A stretch of 64,000 nt of DNA. It comes from an uncultured delta proteobacterium. Its GTDB lineage: Bacteria; Myxococcota_A; Polyangia; Polyangiales; JAFGIB01. Shown here piece by piece: positions 1-8,452 of this stretch (the first letter of the stretch is position 1; each line of letters opens with the position of its first letter). A program made the position numbers and the translations under genes. The notes under the pieces were generated by a model. That model ran no database searches. It was given only the letters and a program-made list of their open reading frames with translations, and was not told where the DNA came from. Location: positions 1 to 64,000 of the forward strand of contig CAVZVA010000012.1 in the NCBI GenBank assembly GCA_963778655.1, read 5' to 3'.

Positions 1-440
1 AGCTTCCGATTTAAGATAGTCTGTATGACCCTTAAAATGGAACTTTTCGGACTGGATATTATGTTTATCAATAGGGGCTGTAATAAGAACATCAATTTTA
101 CCGGCTTTCAGATCTTCAACGGCTCTTTCAATAGAGATAAGACTGCTCCTCCCCCATGAGCTGATGATTTACCAAGCTCAACCCTGACATTATCATCAAG
201 GCAGTTTATCATGTTAGCCTTCCTGGGATGAGCCTCACCAGCTGTCCTGATGTTATTAAAAGTTAAATTATTTATATTCAATGCCTTCCTGTGATAAGCG
301 GCTACTTTGGGAGAGCCATATACAACCGGAGTACAGATATCATTAATGAGTGGATCCATTAAAGTCTTCATAATTACCTCATAACCTATCCCATTAATAT
401 CTCCGTGGGAGATACCGGCTATTATTGCTTTCTTTTCCAT
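1..440 (-). CDS. pdxA: 4-hydroxythreonine-4-phosphate dehydrogenase PdxA, runs off window, one apparent frameshift near 145-155
   Basis: N-terminus GISHGDINGIGYEVI..TPVVYGS; after a frameshift the reading continues ..ERAVEDLKAGKIDVLITAPIDKHNIQSEKFHFKGHTDYL (PdxA TAPI and GHT motifs); AT-rich. Confidence 0.85.
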
Positions 441-447
441 AGATTAA

Positions 448-1905
448 CTATTTGTTTTTGGAATAACCGGCTGCCAATCTTTTAAGGAAAGCTGTCAAAG
501 CCTTAACCCTGTAGCAGGTCCGTTTTTTATTTTATAAAAATCATCCTTCCTGATCATTTCTGTTCCTGCGATATCCATATGAATAAGTGGGAATTCCGCA
601 AATCTTTCAAGAAATTTTCCCGCGGTAATAGCTCCTGCTTCCCTTCCTCCTATGTTTCTGAGGTCAGCAATATCTGATTTAAGCAATTCACCAGATTCAT
701 CCCAGAAAGGCAGTTCTGCTATTCTCTCATAAACATCCTTTCCACAATCATCAAGCAGATTAATGTAATTCCTGTCAGCATTGGTCATAACAGCAATGGC
801 CTGGCTGCCAAATGTCATAGCAGCTGATCCTGTAAGAGTGGCTACGTCAATTATCAGCTCGGGGGAATATTTTGATGCATAGCTTATCGCATCAGCCAGA
901 AGAAGTCTCCCTTCAGCATCAGTATTTCCAATCTCAACCGTCAGCTTATTATGCATTGTAATTATATCTCCCTGGGTATATGCATTTCCTCCGGGCCTGT
1001 TATCGGTGGAAAGGACAAGTCCTATAACATGCATCGGCAGACCCGACTTTGCAATAGCATACATAACGCCTGATATTATTGCTGCACCGGCCATATCGCC
1101 CTTCATACCAGCCATATATTCTCCGGTCTTGATATGAGGCCTCCGGTGTCATATACAACTCCTTTACCAACAAGAACAACAGGATGCTCATTAAGGCTTT
1201 TTTCCGGATGCCACTCCAAGAATACAAAAGACCGGAGGGTCAACAGAGCCCCTGTTTACTGCCAGTAAGCCACCCATCTTAAGTGCTTCAATCTTTCCTT
1301 TGTTGAGAACCTCAACACTAAATCCTGATGACTCCCCGAGCTTCCTTATTTCATTTGCCAATGCGGGAGCATTAAGATGGTTCACAGGCTCATTGATAAG
1401 ATCGCGGGAAAAATAGACCGCATCTGTTATGTCATCAAGCCATTTTATTCCTTTTTCATCAATATCGCCATAAAGACAGAGCTTTGAAGGATATTTTCTC
1501 TTGTCTTTTTCTTCAGGTGCTGTCATGTATTTTTCAAAAGAATAAAGGCTGAGAACCAGCCCTTCAGTAAAATCTTCTATCGCACCAGCATAGGCATCAG
1601 ACGACTTAATGACAAGCTCATCGTGATTATTCTCTTTGATAAGCTTCTTTAGGTTATAGGCTGTTCTTCTAAGCTCTTCCTTAATACTGTACTCAGGAAT
1701 GTCCTCCTTTTAGCCTTATAAGATAGGTACACTTATAATAGGAATTAATAAATATATATTCATCTTTCTCAGCAAGATGTCTCGCAATAAATTCTTTCTC
1801 CGACTTGCTTAAAGACAGGATTGATGGTATCTGATCACTTCCCATTATACAGACAAGCGACTGGTCGGGGTAAATCCGGGATATATTCTGAATTAAGGGT
1901 TTCAT
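448..1905 (-). pseudogene. pepA: Leucyl aminopeptidase (M17), split by several frameshifts (possibly sequencing errors)
   Basis: ORF pieces 1693-1905, 1191-1526 and 495-1115 carry M17 motifs RDLINEP, MGGLLAV, MKGDMAG, NTDAEGRL, ATLTG, AGAITA, HMDIAG. Confidence 0.85.
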
Positions 1906-1963
1906 CTTTAGCGGGATTCTTGAAAGATGCAAAGTTAATAAAAAATATTTCCGCCCGGACCGG

Positions 1964-2446
1964 GTGCGCCTGCACCTGATCGGGCACTCGGCGGGCGCAG
2001 TCGTGCACAGCTTCGGCGCCGAGCGCCTGTGCGCAGCCGGCTGGAACGTGGCCAGCGTGAGCTTCATGGCGCCGGCCGTGCGCGTGGACGTGTTTCAGCA
2101 GACCGTGCTGCCCGCGCTGAAGGCCGGCCGGGTGCGCGGCTACTATCAGTTCCACCTCAGCGAAGAAGTGGAAGAGCAGGACCCGACCTGCCGGCCGCTG
2201 CTGGGCTATGGGCGCTCGCTGCTGTACCTGGTATCGCGCTCGTTCGAGGGCGGCCGCCCGACTCCGATCCTCGGCCTGCAGCGCGACTTCGAGGACAAGG
2301 CGAGCAGGCTCGCCAGCATCCCCCGCGCGCGCGCCTTCGTCGCGCCGTCGGCGTACAGCTCCAGCACCACCCACGGCGGCTTCGACGACGACCCCAAGAC
2401 CCGGGCCACGGTCATCGCCTGCATCAAAGGCAAAGGGGGCTTGTAA
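1964..2446 (+). CDS. C-terminal fragment of an alpha/beta-hydrolase-fold protein, 5'-truncated at the AT/GC junction
   Basis: LHLIGHSAGA nucleophile elbow and late HGGFDDD motif; no plausible N-terminus before the compositional switch. Confidence 0.6.
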   Translation: MRLHLIGHSAGAVVHSFGAERLCAAGWNVASVSFMAPAVRVDVFQQTVLPALKAGRVRGYYQFHLSEEVEEQDPTCRPLLGYGRSLLYLVSRSFEGGRPTPILGLQRDFEDKASRLASIPRARAFVAPSAYSSSTTHGGFDDDPKTRATVIACIKGKGGL

Positions 2447-2529
2447 TCGGAAGGGACATCCGCCCGTCCCGCGAGGGTCGCTTCGCTCCGCCGTGACTTG
2501 AGCCCTGATCGGCCCCTGCAAGGCCCGGT

Positions 2530-2545
2530 AGGCACGGGGCTTGCT
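2530..2545 (+). promoter_or_regulatory. sigma54 (-24/-12) promoter for DUF2330 copy 1
   Basis: AGGCACG-GGGC-TTGCT fits GG-N10-GC, about 100 bp upstream of ATG 2643. Confidence 0.65.
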
Positions 2546-2642
2546 CTGTTACCCCGGCGGTGCCCGGTGCGTGTGCCAGCATGTGCCAGGAGGGCGGCGT
2601 TCGGGTAAACTTTGCGGAGCGCGGCGTGGAAAGGTTGGGAGC

Positions 2643-4451
2643 ATGCAGAGCAACGGTTTGTCGCGATGGTTGGGGTGGGCATGTGCGGCGGTGTCGGCTG
2701 CTGTTTTGGTACTGTCGCCTTTGCTGAGCAGACCGGCGCAGGCGTGCGGCGGGTTCTGGTGCTCGCAGACGGCACCGGTGAACCAGAGCGCGGAGCAGAT
2801 CATCTTCGTGGATGACCCGGGCCCGAACGTGACGGCGGTGATCCAGATCAGCTACGTGGGGCCGTCGGAGCACTTCGCGTGGGTGATCCCGATCCCGGGC
2901 AGCCCCGACATCGCGGTCTCGTCGAACACGGCGTTCCAGCGGCTGGAGGCTGCGACCGCGCCGCAATACCAGCTGGAGCAGCACATCGAGGGCACCTGCA
3001 ACCAGGACTACGCCGGGTTCGGAGGTCTCGCGACGGGTGGGGCGACGGCGGCGGCGCCCAGGGCAGCGCAGGCCGAAACCGCCGTATCGATCGTGGCGCA
3101 GGGCTCGGTGGGCCCGTACGACTACACGGTGATCAAGGTGGACCCGACGCTGTCGAACCCGGCGGACGTGGCGACCAAGTGGTTCACCGACAACGGCTAT
3201 GACCTGACGAGCCTGGACAGCGACGTGCTCAACCCGTACCTGTCGGACGGGCTGAACCTGCTGGCGTTCAAGCTGACCAAGGGCAACTCGACCGGGTCGA
3301 TCAGACCGGTGATCCTGACCTACGAGAGCGAGCTGCCGATGATCCCGATCCGGCCGACGGCGGTGGCGGCGCAGCACGACATGGGGATCAAGGTGTGGGT
3401 GGCCGGCGAGCACCAGGCGGTGCCGGAGAACTACAAGTCGCTGGTGCTCAACGACGCGCTGATCAACTGGTTCAGCTACCAGCAGAACTACGACCAGGTG
3501 GTGACCACGGCGGCCAACGAGGCCGGCGGACAGGGCTTCGTGACGGAGCTGGCGGGCAAGAGCGGACCGTTCAAGGACATGGTGTGGGCGAGCAGCGACG
3601 ACCAGCAGTTCCAGATGATCTCGGGCCAGACCTATGCCGACGGCATCGACGCGATCTACGCGGCCAACCGCTATTACCGCGGCTGGGATGGCTGGAAGGA
3701 CGCGATCGAGGGCTCGACCACGCTGCCCTCGGGCGTGAGCTACGACGACTTCGGGCGCAATCCGGACCAGTACCGTGGCATGGCGCAGGTGGACACGCAG
3801 AAGTTCTTCACGCTGCTCAACGAGAAGGTGGTCAAGCCGGTGGCGGACACGGCGGCGCTGCTGGGCAGCGAGCCGTACCTGACGCGGCTGTACAGCACGA
3901 TGAGCTCGGAGGAGATGACGGTGGACCCGGTGTTCACCTACAACGCGGACCTGGCGGACGTGAGCAACGTGCACACGGCGCAGCAGTACATCCAGTGCAA
4001 CCCCAACATCAGCCAGTACGAGGCGCCGTGGCGGATCGAGACGCCCGAGGGCGGCGTGATCGTGGGCCAGGGCTACGGCGGCAGCTGGCCGGTGGAGGCG
4101 GGCTCGCTGCCGGCGAACTTGAAGATCGTGCAGCTCTCCACCAGCGGCGAGGGCGAGGTGGTCAAGGACAACAGCGGGATGATCGGCGACATGCTGTTCA
4201 AGCAGGCCGGGATGGCGGCGAGCCCGTCGGCGATGCAGCCTGCGCCCAGCAGCGGGGTCATGATCGGCGGCAGTCAGATGGTGCAGATGCCGGCCGCGGC
4301 CTCATCGTCACCGTCGCACTCGGGCGCGCCCAGCACCATGGGCGGCGGCGGCTCGTGCGCGGTCTCCGCTGCGGGCGCGACGCGCGGCGGCTGGCTCGCG
4401 CTGCTCTTGCCCGGCCTCGCCCTGCTCTTGCGCCGGCGCCGGTTGTCGTGA
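2643..4451 (+). CDS. DUF2330-family secreted protein with MYXO-CTERM-like sorting tail (copy 1)
   Basis: Signal peptide ending AQA-CGGFWC, FAWVIPIP, PMIPIRPTAVA motifs; C-terminal GGGSCAV..hydrophobic..RRRR. Confidence 0.8.
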   Translation: MQSNGLSRWLGWACAAVSAAVLVLSPLLSRPAQACGGFWCSQTAPVNQSAEQIIFVDDPGPNVTAVIQISYVGPSEHFAWVIPIPGSPDIAVSSNTAFQRLEAATAPQYQLEQHIEGTCNQDYAGFGGLATGGATAAAPRAAQAETAVSIVAQGSVGPYDYTVIKVDPTLSNPADVATKWFTDNGYDLTSLDSDVLNPYLSDGLNLLAFKLTKGNSTGSIRPVILTYESELPMIPIRPTAVAAQHDMGIKVWVAGEHQAVPENYKSLVLNDALINWFSYQQNYDQVVTTAANEAGGQGFVTELAGKSGPFKDMVWASSDDQQFQMISGQTYADGIDAIYAANRYYRGWDGWKDAIEGSTTLPSGVSYDDFGRNPDQYRGMAQVDTQKFFTLLNEKVVKPVADTAALLGSEPYLTRLYSTMSSEEMTVDPVFTYNADLADVSNVHTAQQYIQCNPNISQYEAPWRIETPEGGVIVGQGYGGSWPVEAGSLPANLKIVQLSTSGEGEVVKDNSGMIGDMLFKQAGMAASPSAMQPAPSSGVMIGGSQMVQMPAAASSSPSHSGAPSTMGGGGSCAVSAAGATRGGWLALLLPGLALLLRRRRLS

Positions 4452-4505
4452 TCGGGAGGGTCATGCGCTCCTCCCCGCGCCATCGCTCGCATGAGCGGGG
4501 GAGCG

Positions 4506-4521
4506 CGGCACGAGCCTTGCT
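4506..4521 (+). promoter_or_regulatory. sigma54 (-24/-12) promoter for DUF2330 copy 2
   Basis: CGGCACG-AGCC-TTGCT, followed by the same CTGTT as the copy-1 promoter. Confidence 0.65.
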
Positions 4522-4531
4522 CTGTTGTAGC

Positions 4532-4700
4532 CTAGCAGGTTGCGGAAGAACTCCGAGGGAGCGCATCTCGAGCGAGGTGGGTCCGGATGCAAGGCGCGAG
4601 ACCGATGGAATACCCGCCGTATTTCGAGGGCTCGCAACGCCGCAGCCGGGCCCAGATCGCTCGAAAGGCGCCTTGAGCGGGTTTTTCCGCAGCCTGCTAG
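4532..4700. mobile_element. MITE-like element (~170 bp) with ~20-bp terminal inverted repeats bounded by CTAG
   Basis: CTAGCAGGTTGCGGAAGAAC ... GTTTTTCCGCAGCCTGCTAG (2 mismatches); absent from the homologous leader of copy 1. Confidence 0.7.
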
Positions 4701-4788
4701 GTCCCAGGGGACTGTGCCACGCTGTGCCAGACGCCTGCGGAACCTGCATTCTTTGCGCAGTCGTGCGCTGGAGGAGGGCTCGAGGCCG

Positions 4789-6603
4789 ATGAAGACCAAC
4801 GCGTTCTCTCAATCGTCCGGGTGGGTTTGGGCGGCGATGTCGGCTGCTGCGCTGGTGCTGTCGCCTTTGCTGAGCAGACCGGCGCAGGCGTGCGGCGGGT
4901 TCTGGTGCTCGCAGACGGCACCGGTGAACCAGAGCGCGGAGCAGATCATCTTCGTGGATGACCCGGGCCCGAACGTGACGGCGGTGATCCAGATCAGCTA
5001 CGTGGGGCCGTCGGAGCACTTCGCGTGGGTGATCCCGATCCCGGGCAGCCCGGACATCGCGGTCTCGTCGAACACGGCGTTCCAGCGGCTGGAGGCTGCG
5101 ACCGCGCCGCAATACCAGCTGGAGCAGCACATCGAGGGCACCTGCAAGCAGGAATACTACCCGACCGCGGCCGGGGCCGCGGTCGACAACGCGTCCATCG
5201 CGGATGCAGGCGCGCCGTTCGCGGAGAAGTCCATCACCATAGTCGATCAGGGCTCGGTGGGCCCGTACGACTACACGGTGATCAAGGTGGACCCGACGCT
5301 GTCGAACCCGGCGGACGTGGCGACCAAGTGGTTCACCGACAACGGCTATGACCTGACGAGCCTGGACAGCGACGTGCTCAACCCGTACCTGTCGGACGGG
5401 CTGAACCTGCTGGCGTTCAAGCTGACCAAGGGCAACTCGACCGGGTCGATCAGACCGGTGATCCTGACCTACGAGAGCGAGCTGCCGATGATCCCGATCC
5501 GGCCGACGGCGGTGGCGGCGCAGGACGACATGGGGATCAAGGTGTGGGTGGCCGGCGAGCACCAGGCGGTGCCGGAGAACTACAAGTCGCTGGTGCTCAA
5601 CGACGCGCTGATCAACTGGTTCAGCTACCAGCAGAACTACGACCAGGTGGTGACCACGGCGGCCAACGAGGCCGGCGGACAGGGCTTCGTGACGGAGCTG
5701 GCGGGCAAGAGCGGACCGTTCAAGGACATGGTGTGGGCGAGCAGCGACGACCAGCAGTTCCAGATGATCTCGGGCCAGACCTATGCCGACGGCATCGACG
5801 CGATCTACGCGGCCAACCGCTATTACCGCGGCTGGGATGGCTGGAAGGACGCGATCGAGGGCTCGACCACGCTGCCCTCGGGCGTGAGCTACGACGACTT
5901 CGGGCGCAATCCGGACCAGTACCGTGGCATGGCGCAGGTGGACACGCAGAAGTTCTTCACGCTGCTCAACGAGAAGGTGGTCAAGCCGGTGGCGGACACG
6001 GCGGCGCTGCTGGGCAGCGAGCCGTACCTGACGCGGCTGTACAGCACGATGAGCTCGGAGGAGATGACGGTGGACCCGGTGTTCACCTACAACGCGGACC
6101 TGGCGGACGTGAGCAACGTGCACACGGCGCAGCAGTACATCCAGTGCAACCCCAACATCAGCCAGTACGAGGCGCCGTGGCGGATCGAGACGCCCGAGGG
6201 CGGCGTGATCGTGGGCCAGGGCTACGGCGGCAGCTGGCCGGTGGAGGCGGGCTCGCTGCCGGCGAACTTGAAGATCGTGCAGCTCTCCACCAGCGGCGAG
6301 GGCGAGGTGGTCAAGGACAACAGCGGGATGATCGGCGACATGCTGTTCAAGCAGGCCGGGATGGCGGCGAGCCCGTCGGCGATGCAGCCTGCGCCCAGCA
6401 GCGGGGTCATGATCGGCGGCAGTCAGATGGTGCAGATGCCGGCCGCGGCCTCATCGTCACCGTCGCACTCGGGCGCGCCCAGCACCATGGGCGGCGGCGG
6501 CTCGTGCGCGGTCTCCGCTGCGGGCGCGACGCGCGGCGGCTGGCTCGCGCTGCTCTTGCCCGGCCTCGCCCTGCTCTTGCGCCGGCGCCGGACGCGCCGC
6601 TAG
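4789..6603 (+). CDS. DUF2330-family secreted protein with MYXO-CTERM-like tail (copy 2)
   Basis: Near-identical to copy 1 except the signal peptide, one ~34-aa block, one H/D change and the last residues; GGAGG upstream. Confidence 0.8.
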   Translation: MKTNAFSQSSGWVWAAMSAAALVLSPLLSRPAQACGGFWCSQTAPVNQSAEQIIFVDDPGPNVTAVIQISYVGPSEHFAWVIPIPGSPDIAVSSNTAFQRLEAATAPQYQLEQHIEGTCKQEYYPTAAGAAVDNASIADAGAPFAEKSITIVDQGSVGPYDYTVIKVDPTLSNPADVATKWFTDNGYDLTSLDSDVLNPYLSDGLNLLAFKLTKGNSTGSIRPVILTYESELPMIPIRPTAVAAQDDMGIKVWVAGEHQAVPENYKSLVLNDALINWFSYQQNYDQVVTTAANEAGGQGFVTELAGKSGPFKDMVWASSDDQQFQMISGQTYADGIDAIYAANRYYRGWDGWKDAIEGSTTLPSGVSYDDFGRNPDQYRGMAQVDTQKFFTLLNEKVVKPVADTAALLGSEPYLTRLYSTMSSEEMTVDPVFTYNADLADVSNVHTAQQYIQCNPNISQYEAPWRIETPEGGVIVGQGYGGSWPVEAGSLPANLKIVQLSTSGEGEVVKDNSGMIGDMLFKQAGMAASPSAMQPAPSSGVMIGGSQMVQMPAAASSSPSHSGAPSTMGGGGSCAVSAAGATRGGWLALLLPGLALLLRRRRTRR

Positions 6604-6617
6604 CCTCGGGCCCTCCA

Positions 6618-8321
6618 ATGGCATCGCCCCGCCTACTGCTCGCGAGCGCCGCCGCCTGTGCGTCTCTGCTCGGCGTCGCCGCCTGCAGTCGCCACGCGAC
6701 GGGAGCCAACACGGGCTCGAGCGTGGATGCCGCCACGGTCCGCGTCGGGTCGCCGGGCGCACCGGGCGGCGGCGCACAGCAGCCGCCGTCGTCAGGCGGC
6801 ACCACCGGCCAGGGCGACAGCGGCCTCGCGATGCTGGCCAAGCGCAGCTGGCCGCCTTGCATGACCCCCGCCGTGCTCGCGCCCGCGGACGACGACGCCG
6901 GCGTCTCGCCCTACGACGACACCTGCTTGATCGACGAAGAGCACGGCGTGTTCGCCGATGCCGCGCGCGGCGACGACAGCTCGGCCGACGGCAGCCGCGA
7001 CCGGCCGTATGCGTCGCTGCAGGCCGCGATCAACGCCGCGGCCGCCGCCGCCAAGGACGTGTACGCGTGCGGTGGCACGTACGCGGGCCCGATCCTGATC
7101 GGCAGCCAGCTCGCCAGCGGCCTGCGCGTGTTCGGCAGCCTCTCGTGCGACACCTTCCAGCCCGATCCCGCTGCGCCTCGCACGCACGTGCAAGCCAAGG
7201 GCGCGGGCCCGGCGCTCTCGATCTCCGACACGAGCGGCATCGTGATCGCGCGCGTCGACTTCGAGGATCTCGCCTCTGATCACGCGCCCGGCACGACCTA
7301 TGTGGGCGCGCTGATCTCCAACGCGCACCAGGTGCTGCTGCAGGACGTGGCGCTGCGCGCCCCGGACGGCGAGCCCGGTGCCGACGGCGTTGCGCCTGAC
7401 CCGGCGCCCGCTGCCGGTGCCGCCGGCAGCCCCGGCGCGGATGCCTGCGCCGGCAATCCGAGCCCGGGCGGGACGGGCGGGATCAACAGCGCCTGCCCCA
7501 AGCTGTCGCAGACCACCAGCGGCGGCAACGGCGGCGACGGCGCGATCGGCACGGGCAACGGCAGCGCCGGCAGCTCGCAGATCTTCGGCAACGGAGGGCA
7601 GGGCGAGACCCCGGGAAGCGGCTGGAGTTGCAGCGCGGGCAGCGGCCTCGGGCCTGGCCAGGCAGGCGGGGGATACGAGGGCGCAGCGGGCTCCGGGGCC
7701 AAGGGCTTCGGCGCGTTCGTGGGCGGGCGCTTCCTGGGCTTTTCGGGTCAAGACGGCGCGCCCGGGAACACCAGCTACGGCGGCGGCGGCGGGGGCGGCG
7801 CGCTCGCGCCCTCGAGCTGTCCGGGCGGCGGCACCGCGACCGGTGCATCCGGCGGTGGCGGCGGTAGCGGTGGCTGCGGCGGCAAGGGCGGCAAGGGCGG
7901 CCGCCCCGGCGGCTCGAGCTTCGGGCTGATCGTCGCCAACTCGAGCGTGCAGCTCGAAGGCGGGGCGATCCACAACGGCAACGGCGGCAAGGGCGGCGAC
8001 GGCGCGCTCGGGCAACCCGGCGGCAAGGGTGGTGCCGGCGCTCCCGGCGGCAAGGGCAGCGGCGGCTCGCACGATGCCTGCGCGGGCGGCGCCGGCGGCG
8101 ATGGCGGTGCGGGTGGCCCGGGCGGCGGCGGCAACGGCGGGCACGCGATCGGCGTGCTCTACATCGGCAAGCGTCCGCTCATGCGCGACGTCGCGGGTGC
8201 GACCGCAACCGCCGCGAGCCACGGCGGCGAGCCCGGCGGCGGGCCCCCCGGGACGGATCCGAACGTCGCGATGAGCATGCTCGGTACCGCGGGCACCGCC
8301 GAGCTCATCCACGAGATGTGA
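6618..8321 (+). CDS. Gly-rich (PGRS-like) lipoprotein
   Basis: Lipobox-like LGVAAC; GDDSSADGSRDRPYASLQAAI motif typical of beta-helix N-termini; long GGxGGxGG tracts. Confidence 0.7.
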   Translation: MASPRLLLASAAACASLLGVAACSRHATGANTGSSVDAATVRVGSPGAPGGGAQQPPSSGGTTGQGDSGLAMLAKRSWPPCMTPAVLAPADDDAGVSPYDDTCLIDEEHGVFADAARGDDSSADGSRDRPYASLQAAINAAAAAAKDVYACGGTYAGPILIGSQLASGLRVFGSLSCDTFQPDPAAPRTHVQAKGAGPALSISDTSGIVIARVDFEDLASDHAPGTTYVGALISNAHQVLLQDVALRAPDGEPGADGVAPDPAPAAGAAGSPGADACAGNPSPGGTGGINSACPKLSQTTSGGNGGDGAIGTGNGSAGSSQIFGNGGQGETPGSGWSCSAGSGLGPGQAGGGYEGAAGSGAKGFGAFVGGRFLGFSGQDGAPGNTSYGGGGGGGALAPSSCPGGGTATGASGGGGGSGGCGGKGGKGGRPGGSSFGLIVANSSVQLEGGAIHNGNGGKGGDGALGQPGGKGGAGAPGGKGSGGSHDACAGGAGGDGGAGGPGGGGNGGHAIGVLYIGKRPLMRDVAGATATAASHGGEPGGGPPGTDPNVAMSMLGTAGTAELIHEM

Positions 8322-8452
8322 GCGCGCGAGGCTGCGCTGGGCATCAGCAGGGACGGAAAAATGCATCAGGAACGGTCGGTGCGCTCGCCGCGCCGCAGTT
8401 CCCGGCCAGCCTGACTTTGCGCGCGCCTGAGCTATTCTGCTTAGGGAACGTT

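Noticed and set aside
2643..6603. Diversity-generating retroelement template/variable repeat pair
   Set aside because: No reverse transcriptase is present and the differences are a block replacement, not adenine-specific substitutions.
5544..6617. N-terminal extension of the 925-aa ORF
   Set aside because: Out-of-frame overlap with DUF2330 copy 2; the real start is the signal peptide at 6618.
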